The notes: generated by a model not told the origin, from the sequence alone. A stretch of DNA of 63,992 nucleotides, filler included, from Diploschistes diacapsis (GCA_023645945.1; 5 parts of 5 records of this genome joined end to end with filler, not necessarily neighbours in it); one strand, 5' to 3'. Counted from the whole stretch's first letter, positions 26,204-40,308 are shown. Numbers and translations: made by a program.

Positions 26204-26303
26204 NNNNNNNNNNNNNNNNNNNNNNNNNNNNNNNNNNNNNNNNNNNNTTAATTAATTAANNNNNNNNNNNNNNNNNNNNNNNNNNNNNNNNNNNNNNNNN
26301 NNN
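26204..26303. other. Artificial contig-joining linker
   Basis: N44-TTAATTAATTAA-N44. Confidence 0.98.
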
Positions 26304-27103
26304 CCCCCACCACTACTCTCGTACGGATTGAATCCTCCACCGCCATTGCTTCCGCCCGTATCGTAGGAATTGGGACCGCTCCCACCGCCCCCACTGCGCG
26401 ATAAGCTCATTGGGTTATCGTACACGCTATTCGGGCTTGGCGTCGTCGCAGGGCTCGCCGCCCTATTTCCTCCTAACCTCGCTCTTAATCTCTCAGACGC
26501 ACTCTGTTCTTTCCCCACACCAATAGATAGCAAGTTCGTAGCCGAGGATGCACCGTCACTGCTTCGATTCTGGTATGATCCTAGTCTCTGACTCGGCAGT
26601 GGTCTCACCATCGGCGCTGCCTGAGACTGAGACGTGGGCACCGGCACACGGTTGATAGGGGGTAGAGCGTCGGAGCTATTACTTTGATAAGCCGGGCTCT
26701 TGATCGCAGGTCTCCGCGAACGTAGCGAGAGGGGCTCCTCCTGTGCGGCTCCTGCCGAGGCTGGCCGGTCGTCAAACAGATCGCCCAGCCCGCCTCCACT
26801 GCCTGCGCCGCTGGACCCGCGGTTGCCGGCCCGTAAACTGGTGGCGGCGGAGGTTGGCGTGCTTCGACCAGTAAGGGACTGGGCGACGTATGCGGGTGCT
26901 ACTTTTGCGGGGGCATTAGGGTCGGGACCAAGCCAGGGAGGGAACGGGCGGCCCTTTTCCGTGTAGTATGCTCTGAGTACACGGGAGACGTGCGAGTTCG
27001 CGGGGTCGGTAATGGAGTTGTCAGCGTCGGGGGAGAGGGAAGTGGGAAGGAGGCGTTTGAGGGAAGTGTAGTGGGAGGTTAGGGAGGAGAGGTAGGATGT
27101 CAT
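26304..27103 (-). CDS. MSO1: Mso1 (Sec1-binding) family protein, 3'-truncated
   Basis: N-terminal motif SHVSRVLRAYYTEKGRPFPPWL, followed by low-complexity S/G/P sequence. Confidence 0.75.
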
Positions 27104-27354
27104 TGCTTTCGAAGGTGTAGAAGCTTATCAAGATAAGGTATGAGATACAAACACCCCTGGATGGCCTTTGGTAATTCAAAGCCCTGTGACACTTTGCCTG
27201 CTAGGTACGTAGTAACTTACCTAGAAGTAACTTACGATGACATAAGCGTCAAAAGAAGTTCCGGTAGTCCCATTCCCAGCCCGGCCCCTGTCAGTGACAT
27301 TCTCTAAATTGCAAAAGCTCTAGACTTTCGAATGAGTAGATACTCTCATTTGAA

Positions 27355-29873
27355 ATGGCACCTTTGGCCAGCTTTTTTTCCTTTTTAGCGTTGCTTTCCA
27401 ACGCAATTGCACTTGATCAGACTGTCCTTTTAGAAAACGCGAAGCGGTCGAATGAGTCTTTACTATGGGGCCCGTACAAACCAAATCTATACTTTGGTCT
27501 GAGGCCGCGCATACCGAAAAGCTTGTCGGCTGGCTTGCTATGGGTTAAAGTAGACGATTTCGCGTCTGTCCAGACCAGTACGTAATTTCAAGTCCTCCCA
27601 GGCTAAAAGCTTCTTACCAGGCCATAGACTTCCGCCATACATGCGAGCAAAATGAGGGCATGGAAGGTTATGGCTGGGACGAGTATGATGTTAGGCAGGG
27701 AGGTCGTCAGACCATTCACGATACGGGCAACAAAATTGATATAACTACGGAGTTTGTCAAGTTTCCTGGAGGAGCCAATGGCGGCAGTTGGGGGTTGAGG
27801 GTCAAGGGCAAACCAAGACAAGGAGCATCCGACAACCTCCTTACTTCTGTCGTCTTCTACGCATCGATGGAAGGACTCGGGTCTCTAGTTGTCGAGAATG
27901 AACCGGATCCACTTGGCTTCGGAGACGTTGTCACCTTGAAGGGTACCACACAAGAGTTAGGTGACTTCAAGATAGATGTGACTCCAGGACCAAAGTCAAA
28001 TAGACACCCGTCATCTCCTGATGCGAGGTTCGGCTCAAAACCTTTGGATCGCACAATGGTAGCAAGCATGAATGTCCCAGAAGAAGCCATTTGGCAGACA
28101 AAAGCCATCCTTTTTCAGCACATGAAGGAGGAGATCGATGCATGGATTAGCAAGAATGGAGACCAGAATAGCCCGCCTGCGTGGCAGGTATTTACAGTTG
28201 CCAACAAAGCCGGTGCGGGCAATCTCCATCTGATTCAGAAGGTATTCGAGGGACCTTTCGAGTTTGATGTCTTGTACTCGTCTGCATCGGCACCTGAACC
28301 AGTGACAAGCCAAAAGTTGTCTGATCAGATTGGGGCTGTACTTAAGTCCTTTTCGGATCGGTTTGCGAAACATCTTGCGCCAAAGGCTCCTTTTGATGGT
28401 TCGAAGTATCAGGTTTTTGCGAAGTCTATGTTATCAAATCTTGCTGGAGGCATCGGCTACTTTTACGGCGACTCTCTGGTCGACAAGTCATATGCAAGAG
28501 AGTATGAGGAAGAAAACGAAGGGTTCTGGCAGGAAACTGCGGAGGCCAGATCGAAAGCGCAGATCAAGCTAGAAGGTCCGTCCGAACTCTTCACTGCCAT
28601 CCCGTCAAGAACATTCTTCCCTCGAGGTTTCTTGTGGGACGAAGGTTTTCACCTTCTGCCAATGTCTGAATGGGACATGGATCTCACGTTGGAAATTGTG
28701 CGAAGCTGGTTCAGGCTCATGGATGAAGATGGATGGATCGGTCGTGAACAGATTCTGGGAGCAGAAGCCCGTAGCAAAGTGCCCCAGGAATTTCAGGTTC
28801 AATATCCGCACTATGCCAATCCACCTACCTTGTTCTTAGTACTAGAGTTGTTTGTGGACAAAATCCAGGCGAAGAGCGCAGAGCAAGTCGATTCCTCGGA
28901 TCCGTACGATGATGTGCGCAATTATCAACTACGTCACAAACAGCAGGCGATAGACTACCTGAAAGACATCTATCCGCTACTGAAGAAGCATTATTCCTGG
29001 TTCCGCAGGACCCAGTGGGGCGATGTCAAGTCATATGATAGGGAAGCTTTCTCGACAAAAGAGGCTTATCGGTGGCGAGGACGTACTGTCGAGCACATTC
29101 TGACCTCCGGTCTCGACGATTATCCACGAGCTCAACCCCCTCATCCGGGCGAGCTTCATCTTGACTTGATCAGCTGGATGGGTCTGATGACTCGCTCAAT
29201 GCGACGGATTGCGGAGACTTTGGGCGAAGACGAGGATGCGAAAGAATTTATGGGCCATGAAAATGGCATCTTCAGGAATCTTGACGACCTACATTGGAGC
29301 GCAAAGAACAATTCATATTGCGACGCTACGATTGATGATTACGAAGAAAACATTCACGTTTGCCACAAGGGGTACATCACTATCTTCCCGTTCATGACAG
29401 GGCTTCTATCTCCCAATAGCGCGCATCTTGGAGCCGTCTTGAGTACGATCGAGGATCCCGAAGAGCTCTGGAGTGATTATGGGATTCGGAGTTTGAGCAA
29501 AAAGAACGAGTTCTACCAGACAGGAGAGAACTATTGGAGGAGCCCTATTTGGATCAACATGAACTTTTTGATACTGAAAAATCTACATGTGAGTGATCTG
29601 CACCAGCAGCTCCAGCTATTGCTAAGCATCAAACAGGTCATTGCGAAGGCACCTGGTCCACACCAAAAGCAGGCGCGTAGAATGTACAGCAAGCTTAGAA
29701 AGAATCTAGTAAAAACGGTGTACGATGAGTGGGAAAAGACCGGTTTTGCTTGGGAGCAGTACAACCCGGAGACGGGTGTTGGACAGCGCACACAGCACTT
29801 TTTGGGGTGGACAAGTCTGGTTGTTAATATCATGGCAATGGACGAAATGGAAGAAGGACACGATGAGCTCTAG
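27355..29873 (+). CDS. CWH41: Mannosyl-oligosaccharide glucosidase I (GH63), ER-resident
   Basis: Signal peptide, SLLWGPYKPNLYFG, PSRTFFPRGFLWDEGFH, SGLDDYPR and C-terminal HDEL. Introns 27578-27627 and 29589-29636. Confidence 0.95.
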
Positions 29874-30312
29874 ATACCCTTTGTTATCAATTCTATAGAA
29901 TTTGGTGATTTTGATTTGCATTAAAACTAGATACCACTATTGTGCTCGCCATCACCTGATCGTGCGACAAAGGCCTCTCAGTCAGCCAAATCCGGGCCTG
30001 CAGGACCGAATCCGTACCATCATGCCCTGCAGCCGCGTCTGATCATTGGTGTCCTCATGCGTAGAGTCTGGTGCTGCATCTACTGGCCAACATGGCTGAC
30101 TACCTTCGTACCTATGTATAATTTACTACAAAAATTTCCATTAACACCAAGAGATCCACTTTAGATTTGTTTCAGACCTCAGCATGGAGTGGTGACGGCT
30201 ATCTTTTCTTCACTTTGAACCACTCACTTAGCAACTTCGTCAGATTCGCCGCCTGGACAACCGTGTTCTGTCAACAGGCAAGCATCGTTGCTATCTACTT
30301 TCCGTTGTCGTC

Positions 30313-31152
30313 ATGGCTGAGCGGATCCTCATGAACGAGTACAAGGCCCTCTCCAAGGAGAAATGGGTCAACATCGAGGTAAGAGACGGCTCTGCTAAGA
30401 TGATGTGGAACACAGTGCTGATCGTGCATAGCTCGATAAGGAAAACATCATGAGATGGAATGTCGCGCTCATGGTCCTCAACCCTGACTCCCTCTATCAT
30501 GGCGGATATTTCAAAGCCAGGATGACCTTTCCGAACAACTACCCTTACTCTCCGCCAAGTATGCCACTCCCCACAAACCACCCCACCATGATCCAGGCTA
30601 ACATGACCACTAGAATTCCAGTTCACCCGTTCCCTCTATCACCCAAACATTTACAAAGATGGCAAGCTTTGTATCTCGATCCTCCACCCTCCCGGCGACG
30701 ACGAGATGTCCGGCGAACTTGCAGCCGAGCGCTGGTCTCCTGCTCAGCGCGTCGAATCAGTCCTCCTCTCCATCATCTCCCTTCTCGACGACGCAGAATG
30801 CTCTTCTCCAGCCAACGTGGACGCAGGAGTCATGCTGCGGAATGAACCGTCTCAGTACAAGAAGCTCGTCGCCGCCGACGTTGAAGCCTCAAAGACAGAT
30901 ATCCCAGAAGGCTTTGTCATGCCCAAAGCAGACATTCCTGAGCGCCAGCCGGAGAAGCAAAACGATGGCGACGACTTTTGGTATGACAGCGACCAAGAGT
31001 TTGACTTTGGCGGCAGTGATACGGATGAGGAAGATATAGGAGATGAGGATGAGGAGATGACACAGGACGAAGCCGAGGATGAGGAGGATGACGAAGAGGC
31101 AGCGACAGCGGAAGACATGGAGGAGGCGGAAGAAGAAGACCATGTTCAATAG
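30313..31152 (+). CDS. CDC34: Ubiquitin-conjugating enzyme E2, Cdc34/Ubc3 type, 3 exons
   Basis: MAERILMNEYK, YHPNIYKDGKLCISILH, the acidic loop GDDEMSGE, ERWSPAQ and a long acidic tail. Introns 30379-30431 and 30559-30613. Confidence 0.88.
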
Positions 31153-32096
31153 GGAAGACCAAGAGAAACCTACGACATTCTACGAATTTTCTACTACCAC
31201 CTCATCTGCACGACCCACGCGCGTGCTGCATTATATGGGTCGCCTGGAGCAATCGACTTTGATGGCATTTGATGGCGGCAATCGGTGATTAGAGCATCCG
31301 TGAGCAATTACTATAGCAAAGGCGTCGGGAGCTACCATATCAGCACGTTGAATTTCGTATTCGGTTAAAGTCGAGAAACTATGGACCCAACAGGCGTACG
31401 TTTATTTTAGGATAGCGTTACGTTCCCCACGGCTGCTGTGATATGTGAAAGAGTTCTTAGAGGTAAACTTCAACTTTTATACAGCTTATGGCCATGGACA
31501 TGCCCTCATCGCTCCATTCGATGATGTGCCTTTCTCTCCCAATAGATGCTGGATGTGGTTCCTGGGACTGTCATTTTATATTCGAATAGCCTTATAAGAT
31601 CTGCGTGGCTGGTACCAATTGTTGTGGAGAAGTTGTTGCGTTCCTCAGACGGGGCAGTTGAGGCTATCTCCGGGCACAATCCCCAGGGAGCTACCGTTGA
31701 ACCTCCCCCTCCCCCGGAGCTGCCGATCCCCATCGGCCCGGGAGTCCCAGCCTTCTGGAAGAACCGGCAAAAACGACAAACAACAGGGAACGGGGTGTAG
31801 CTGCCAGTCAACCGGTACAACGTTGTACCTACCTACGTAATTTGAGGAACAAACAATCCGAGAGCTTCATTCAGAGCTTCTTGTACAAGATACCCTTTCT
31901 TTGCTTTCTATGAGCTCCTCTCTTCATGTTGTATTTAGCATCTCGGACTTTTCTTTCATTAATATATTCATCTCATAATCTACGTTACCGCCTACCTTTC
32001 GAAGCCAACTCTTCTCTCTACTGAAATCGCCCAATCCGGCTTGCCGCTACCATTACACCTATCCAAGAGCTTTCACGCTCGGTACATCCAAGCAGC

Positions 32097-35010
32097 ATGG
32101 CTTCGGAACCCACTGTTGAAGACCTGACCACGTTCATGGACTTTACCGCCGCTGATCGGCAACTCGCTGTGAAGTTCCTCAAGGTGAGTGGCACACAACG
32201 GACAGGGTTTGGTAGCCGCCGGCTAACGCACTATTGAGAGATACAACAATGTAGATGCTGCTACAAACGCATATTGGGAGAACGATGGACGGTTACCCAA
32301 CGAGAACTCTGTCAGTCACTTGCCGCTAAAAGCTCGCGGAAAGCTCATTCGAAGCTAGACTTGGACACAGAATGATTGGGACGAACGGCAGTTTCACGGA
32401 GACAGAATGTATGGGCCTGAAAACAATCCGACAACGTGTAAGTTTTTCTCCGGCAGGGGCTCGATCTGGGTCCAGAAAATCTCCGCGACAGCTGCTGATG
32501 GCTAGAAGCTTTTCAAGTCCATGCCCAAGACACGACAGAGTCCTTGAGGCCAGGAGTGTTCTCCAATGCGCAGTCAAGGCCTCCTTCGCGAGCTGAGAAC
32601 AAGAGTATGACCTTCAGATCCCTCCGATGCGGTGCGGATATCTGACGCAGGAAATACAGTTAATACCGGGGGGGACGAGGAAATGCAGCAGGCCATCAGC
32701 ATGTCGATGAGCCAAACGCTGGAGGGCCAAGAGACCGGCGTCACGGATGGCAAGAACTTCAAACCAGCGAAAAGATCTTATTATGATCCTAACAGTTGGA
32801 GCGTAACAATTTCCAAGCCAGTCATGCCAAACCCTGATCCCGAACACCGCAAACGACCGCAAGGCGCTCCGGCTTTCATGAAGCCCTCGCCACGCGGTCA
32901 CTATCTCCCGGCCCTTTTCACAATCTTCCAAGAAATACCAATGGCAAAGGATGCCCTGCTCGTAAGAGATGCCATATTGCAGGACTATGGGGTTGGCAAC
33001 GACTGGTGGGATGGAGAGCCCATACAGATCCATCGTGTTGTTCTATCAGGGACTGAGGACCCACCTACGCAGGATGTTCCTCTCGTGGTTGAGAGCCAAC
33101 GCATTATGGCTTTTCTTGAACTTACGGAACGCGCATACGGCAACGTTTCTGTCCTTGGAGAAATATCAGAGGCGAGCCCTGAGGAGCTTGGTAACAATGC
33201 CGTCGAAGGTGATTTCTTGGAGGCATGGGAGTCGCAGGTTTTACAAGTCCTACCGGACTACCAGCTTTCTCAGATTTTCAAGATTCGTGCAAAGTCTGTG
33301 GACACTACAGAGCCGGACCTGGAGCCAAACGACGAGTCCTTTTCCGTGATCAAACTCAATGCCTTGCTCGTTGGTCAGCCAGGAACTGCTCATATCCCTA
33401 AGGGATGCCTTTCCCTATACGATGCCATAGATTCTGCTCTTTGGGGTGCCGAGCCTGTAGAGCGTCGCACAACATTCATCGAGGCGAACCAAATCATAAC
33501 CTTTGTCATTGACCAAAACACTCCATCTCAGCTTGGTGTGACTGAGCCAGTCAATGCTGCGGCAGTTTTCTATATGGACCGCTACCTGGAGGAGAACGTT
33601 CCAAAAGCAAAGGACATGCTGCGGAAGCGGCAGAAGCTGTTAGACCACGTTAGCGACGCAGATAGCGCACAAGCGAAATTCCAGTGGGCCCCGAATGCGC
33701 GCAATACTAACCAGATTATCGATGCCAAAGATCTCCTGAACGTCGTGAAGCCTTTCTTTGCCGGCACGCAGCCAACGAGTGATGAAGACACCGCTGACGA
33801 CATCATCAATGGTGAAAATTATCATGATCTGGACTCTCATAAAGATGTTGGCAAGAGGTTGCAGGAAGTGGCCGATCGAGTCATGACCAAGTTCCAGGTT
33901 CTGGAGGAGAAGAAGGAAAAGCTTGCGAAACAAATACGCGAATTATCGAATTTCTACAAGGAGTGGTCCGACAACAAAGAGGATTCACCTACCCATAGAT
34001 ACTCGCTTCGTGGAGTGGCCACGGACCCGATGACGACTTTTGTTCTTGCAGATCCCAATAGCCCGGAAGATTTGATTGATACGTTAATAGATGACTGGCA
34101 GTGGTGGAAGATCTGTTATGATGCTGGTGAATCAGAGCCAATCTCTATAGAGGTGAGCTAGCCTGTCCCTTGAGTCTTCTGGCTAGGGTCTTACACTACC
34201 TACAGAGAAGCGACGAAGACCGCGTTCTAGCCACCGTAAAGAATCCCGAATCCAAAAAGGTCATGCTCGTCTACTCTAGCGACGAAGCCATTGTCTATGG
34301 TCGCCAACCTCTCCCCAGCCAACTCCGAGTAAACAACCCCTTTTATTCCTCTGACCCCTTCTCTGCTACCATATCCTCATGCTATACTCTGCTAACATAG
34401 CCCACAGAACTTCGTCCGAGCCGACAACCTCGCCTTCGCCGCCGAGCTCGAGTCCTCTGCTCAGCGTCCTTATATCGGCTCCTCTGCCAAGCGCAAAGTC
34501 GATGACGGTTGGGATGGGTGGGACAACAAACCGCAGCCCAGCTGGGGCGGCGGAGACTCTCCCGATAGTCTCATGGCGCAGGCCGACGATGACCAACTGG
34601 CCCCACTTGTATACGGCGGCGACGAGAATGAGCCGCCGGTGTACTCGCTGTATTCAGATGAAAAGCCGCCACCTGTGCCACCGAGGAATAGCGCTACTTA
34701 CCTACGCCCCACGCCGGCCATACCGGAACACAAGGCAAGTACGTCAAGCCATATAGAAGATGTGAAGGCAGAACGAGCGGTGAGAAGAGACGAGGATTTC
34801 AAGGATATCGATCTCCTAGGCGTGAGCGATGAAGGCGAGATGCGAGAGATGAATGCCAAGCGTCCTGCGCCGGTGTTCGGAACAGGTGGGGCTGGGGAGG
34901 AGGCGAACGGAGAATACGCCAGGAGCATCCGGATGAAAGATATGGAAGATCCGGGCAGCCTGGGTGGAGAGGGAGAGGGAGAGGGAGACAGGGATTTGAT
35001 GCAGCTCTAG
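32097..35010 (+). CDS. Ubiquitin-interacting-motif protein (UBA-like N-terminus, Rup1-like), multi-exon
   Basis: UBA-like start MASEPTVEDLTTFMDFT...AVKFLK|gtgagt, UIM DEEMQQAISMSM, PAFMKPSP..HYLPALFTI, YSLRGVAT..WQWWKI, and late exon NFVRADNLAFAAELE. The short 5' exons are only approximately resolved. Confidence 0.7.
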
Positions 35011-35909
35011 GAACGGCACAGAGCTTTGACTTGATTTGGGGGTCCCCCTTTCTTGGCTATACAGCCGGCAGTTGGTTGTTTTTGTTGTTCGCTCTTGCAT
35101 CTTCATTTAGCGGTCATGCATTCTGGAACTGGGCTAGCGAGCGTATGTTGCATTGCATGGCGCGACTAGATCGGAGGTGGGTATTGATTGCACTGCATCA
35201 CGTTTGACAAATTTGGTAGTTATGAGGTATTTTTGAGCTAGGCATCACTTCACGAGACAAGATATGGATGTGGATGCAGTACGGCACATGGCGCGTGGTG
35301 AGGCGCAGAGGATGGTCAGAGCGAGTGTACCGAGTGGAGGGTTGTGCAGACATGTATATTTAAAAATTGGTGTGATACCTTCCTCGGCATGGTCGAAAGT
35401 CTGGCTCACAACCTCGGTTTCGCGTAAAAAGGTCATCTACCGATTCATGGCCTCTTCCCATCGTCCCTATACCCTAATATTATACATAACACAGCGCCTC
35501 CACCCCTCTATTCCTCCATGCTTCAGTTGGGGGCAGCGAGGTTGTCTGTAGGCATACCCAGCGTGAGACTTTGTCTGGCAATCTATACACTCCATGGTTT
35601 CATCTCGTCTTAAACGTTTGTGTAATCATGAAGGCAGAATGTACCTTCATTTGCAAACTTGAACTTGCAGGTTTTCAGTGCCTAAAGAAAGGGATGGGTA
35701 TCCATGTCCGGCCCTCCAGCCCTCCAGCCCTTTCGCAGTGCATCATCCACATTCCACGCCATCGCTTCCTTGCCGCTAAGAAACTCACAATCTCACTGCA
35801 AAGCAATCCAAGGTAGAATCAAAGGAAACAATGAAACCCTGTACGCCTTCGCTAGAATAGATTGAATGAACCCCCCCCCCCCCAAAACAAAAAAAAGGGA
35901 CTTCCAGAG

Positions 35910-37350
35910 TTAGGAAAGAGGAAGAAGTCGCAACAGCTTGACCAGCACGTTCCCCACCAGTGCAAAAGCAGCAACGACGACGAAGATCTGCCCTACCTCC
36001 AGCCAGTGCGACAGCGCGACGGAGGTTATGAGATAGTCCTCTTCTCCCTTTCCCCTTCCTCCCACCCCTTGGCCAACTCCCGCCCTATCCACGTCCGTTA
36101 CGGTACTGGGCCCTGTTTTACCGAATGGCGGAAAGCGACCATGTCGCGCGTAGTGCTCGAGCAGGGCATCTTTTTCGCGCCAGCGGGCGAGGACCCAGTC
36201 TTCGAACGCTGAGGGGGAGGAGATCGGGATGGAGGAGATGCGGAAGCGCCGCCAGTACATATTTACTGATTTGGGGGGTCGACCTTGGATGTAGGTTGAC
36301 CGGAGGCCGAAGAAATCTTGGCCGTAGGAGCCGCGTCTTTTGGGAGGAGGGAGATTAGCCAGATTTGTGCGGTGGCTGGGGATAGATAGGGGATTTAGGG
36401 GGTGAATCTTGAGAGGGCTTTGAGGTGGTTTGAAGTAGGGGCTTGGTTTTTTGGGGGAGGTGGGATTGGCTGACTTACGGGATGCCCTCGTACGCGACGG
36501 TACAATCATACACCCAGTCGACCGTCCCCTTCAGCTCTTCGAGCACAAATTGCAATCCCGTGCTCCGGGGCATGACCTGCCACCGCATGTCGTCCACACC
36601 CTTCTTTTCCGCCCACTTTAGGCTGCCCTTCCTCGTGTTCGCCGACACGTTCGTCCCTTCCGGGAAGATTAACAGCCACATCGGATCCAGATCCTGCGAG
36701 CCTGACAGCGGACCCTTGTGCTTGGCCGACAGCTTCCGCAGACGATACCGCATGCGCTCCTGGTCCGTCGCCCACTTGCGCGACATGAAGATGAAGCCGA
36801 AGAACATCATAGCGGGCCCGATGACGGGCACATACTTGAGGGACTCCTTGAGCACGATGAAGATGTGGCCGTGCATGCGGCTTGTGTACGCGATCCACCA
36901 AAGATACAGCCAGTCCGTGTAGAGCTGGTGGTTGGCGATCATGACCATGCGCTCCGGAAAGGAGGTGACTAGAGCACCGTTGCGGTCGAGCCGCAACTGC
37001 CCGGCTACGCTGCCGTCGCCGCTGACCCACACTGGTGTCGGGCTGAACCAGGAGGTCAGCGTGGAGACGAAGATGCCGTACTGCTGCTTCGTCAGGGCGC
37101 GCCAGGCATAGTAGTAGTCCCGGTTGAAAAAGTACAGGGGCACGCCGAGGAATTGGGTCAGGTGGATGGTCAGTGTGCAGAGGGTCCACCAGAACACGAG
37201 CAAGACCAGCCGCACGCCTTGCATCCAGAGGCCGTACTTGACTCGGCCGCCAGGATGCACGGAACCAACATCGTTGGTGCTAGGCTTCGGGTGGCTGGGA
37301 GTACTCGGCTGGCTTTGGGATGCTCTTGGTCTTAGACCGGAGGACTCCAT
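35910..37350 (-). CDS. Lysophospholipid acyltransferase (PlsC/LPLAT; Cst26/LCLAT-like), 2 exons
   Basis: Motifs NHQLYTDW (NHxxxxD), FIFMSRKW and IFPEGT. Intron 36337-36478. C-terminal TM helix. Confidence 0.9.
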
Positions 37351-37918
37351 TCTTAGAACGGATGCTTGCGGAGGATCGAGGTGGAAAGAGTAATATGGTT
37401 TTGAAAGCCGAAGCTGCAGAAATACTACCGGTAAGCCATTATGCTTTGGCATGTGCCGATTTGTATGGTGGATTGCTCAGCGACAGCCTGGGTCGTGTGA
37501 TCCGCTCTGCGAAGTAAGGGCACCAGCAACTGTAGGAATAGGACTCTCCTAGAAAGTGAATAGAGGTAAGCAACAATGAGCAAGAGGAGACAAAAGTTAT
37601 TGAAGACGAATATAGCGGATGATTAGGCTACCATAAGCTATGTAGTGACAGTGTTCAGGCCATGACGCCTTTCTTCGGGCCAAAATCATGAGCTTTACAT
37701 ACTGTATCATTGCAGTCAATCAACGCCAAAGCACACGGGCGATACTAATACCTCTTCTACCAGTTTATGCACAAAAGCTCAGAGAATGCTTCAGATTGGC
37801 TTCATAACAAATCTGAGATACTCGAAGCTCTCCCAGACCTTTCGGTTTTAGTTCATAGTTGATCCGAAGCGCCCTCGGAGCTCTTGCTTCCCCGCGCAAC
37901 AAATGATCATGACGAGAT

Positions 37919-39342
37919 ATGAGGGCATTGCGCAAACCTAGGTCTTGCCGTTGTAATTACTTCTCCTCGTCGGCGTCAAGAAGAGTCGTGGTACGGCTCG
38001 AAGACTTGCCAAAGCGGACTCTCCCCTCATACCAGCGTATGGCTTCGGTAGCTGGATAGAATCTTGAAAGCGCTAATTGTCTTACAGGAAATGAAGGGAT
38101 TGACCTTCCTTCCCTCCAATGGCCTTCGCCGCCTCGCAATATCTTCCTACTGAGTAAAGACTACTCGCAGCATGCCACTGATGCGCTGATCGAGTTCGCA
38201 CAGTATGCCAGCCTAATCGTTGTCCTTTCCGACAGTGGCAGTGAGATAGATTGACTGACAAGTGATCCACGGTCGTAGGCACATCACGACCTCTTACCCC
38301 TTCCTTTCGCTCCTCACCGACCCTTCATTCATCCCAATCCTATCTGCCGCGCTCCCCCGAACCGTTCCAATAGCCCCAGCCTTCTCCGACGTCGCTTCTG
38401 CTGCTTCAACTCCTTTCGCCAAAAGCCTGCCTGCACTCGCAAACAAAACAGATCTCATCGCAACCTTTGGCGGTGATGGCACAATCCTCCGCGCCTCCTC
38501 TCTTTTCTCTGCCAGCCCCTCCGTCCCGCCCATCCTTTCCTTCGCTATGGGCACGCTAGGCTTCTTGGGAGAGTGGAAATTTCGGGACCACAAGCGCGCA
38601 TTCAGGGAGGTTTACATGTCAGGAGCCCCAGTTCCGGTGGCCGAGCATGTCACAGCGACAAAGCACAAGAACATTATCGCAACGAATTCTGGAGATGGGA
38701 ACGGCTGGGAAAGCCTGAGAGGCAAGACCCTCGGTTCCACACGCGGCTCGCGCATTCTTCTCCGCCATAGGCTTAAAGTCGGGATTTCGCATTCTCCAAG
38801 CATTCCTTCCTCTTCTTTCTCACCATCCTCAGCCTCCCCTCTCTCTCCTTCCCCAGACACATACAACCACCACGCGCTCAACGAAGTCCTCTTCCACCGC
38901 GGCCGAACTCCGCACCTTCTACACCTGCTCGTATATCTCAACCAACAGCTTCTCACTGAAGCCGTGGCCGACGGTATCCTCATTTCAACGCCCACCGGGT
39001 CCACCGCATACTCGCTTTCAGCTGGCGGAAGTATTATTCACCCATTAGTCCCGAGTCTACTGTTGACACCGATATGTCCGAGGAGCTTGAGTTTCCGGCC
39101 TCTTGTGCTGCCTTCGAACGTGGAGGTTGTGTTGAGGCTAGGCAAGCAGAACAGGGGTAAAGGGGTGGAGGTGAGCGTAGATGGGGTGCGTGTAGGAAAT
39201 GGAATTGGTGAAAATGGGAGTCTAGACGGGAAGGGCTTGGAAGTCAGGGTGACGGGGGAGCAGGTTATTGGGTCTAACGGGCAGGATGGAGGGAGGGGTG
39301 GGGTGCCATGTATCATGCGGCCTGGGGAAGAGAGGGGAGGGA
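37919..39342 (+). CDS. POS5: Mitochondrial NADH kinase, 3'-truncated
   Basis: Basic presequence MRALRKPRSC, LQWPSPPRNIF, GGDGTIL, ALNEV and DGILISTPTGSTAYSLSAGG. Two introns in the 5' part. Confidence 0.85.
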
Positions 39343-39442
39343 NNNNNNNNNNNNNNNNNNNNNNNNNNNNNNNNNNNNNNNNNNNNTTAATTAATTAANN
39401 NNNNNNNNNNNNNNNNNNNNNNNNNNNNNNNNNNNNNNNNNN
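39343..39442. other. Artificial contig-joining linker
   Basis: N44-TTAATTAATTAA-N44. Confidence 0.98.
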
Positions 39443-40280
39443 CCGCCTATATCGCCGAAAATGCCTTTCGCCCTTTAAAAAAAGACTTTTACTTATCGGA
39501 GCTCTCTTATACGCCTATCGACGTCCTTGCGTCCTAATTCTCGTTACTTATACTCGAAAAAAGAAAAGAAATTATTAGTTAAGAAATAAGAATATTATAA
39601 TATATAAATAACGAATATATACTCGCCGTCTTTTTTATATACGCGGATATCGAAAGAATAATTTTTTTAATAAACATACGTGGCTTTACGTATCTTTTAA
39701 AATTCGTTTAATTTACGTATATTAAACGTTTATTTATCGTAATATTTATAAACGAATCGTTAGAACTTACGTTTTACGACGATATAATATTCGTTAACGA
39801 AAACCTAATTCTTTACGCGCTCGCGAGTTTTAAGGAAAATAAAGAATATCTCTCCGTTAATAAAAATAATAAGATAAATTTCCGGGATAATAATAAAATA
39901 AGTTTCTATCTTCTTAAGAAGCTTAAAGGTTAATTAATCGAAAACGGGGACAAGGGATAAAAGAAGGACGGTATTGGGCGGCGTTTCGGAAGATAAGGAA
40001 ACTTACCGCGGCGACATGGATCCTTCTTAAAGCGACGACGAGGGTAAAAGGTTTTTAGAAGAAGAAGAGGAGGCGGCGAGGAAGATATAGGGGCTGGATA
40101 AGGGGTGTAGTGACTGCTTTTTAAGAGTTATATTAGGGCGTAGAAAGCTTTAAAGTCTTAATTTAATTAATTTAAATTTTTTACGGCATTTCTATATAGA
40201 AATTTAATTTTTTATATAATTATTTAGGCGGATCTAATCCGCGTTTGTTTTAAAATTAACTTTTTATAATCTATATAGAT
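39443..40280 (-). mobile_element. RIP-mutated transposon relic, probably a Mutator-like (MULE) transposase 5' end
   Basis: Very AT-rich, with CpA/TpG depleted. One minus frame reads GEIF..LKTRERVKN*VFVNEYYIVVK..RFVYKYYDK*TFNIRKL..KNYSFDIRV. After reversing C>T/G>A changes this resembles the Cys/His DNA-binding N-terminus of fungal MULE-type transposases (inference). Confidence 0.55.
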
Positions 40281-40308
40281 GTATCGGAGATGGCACGCTT
40301 GTGACGCA

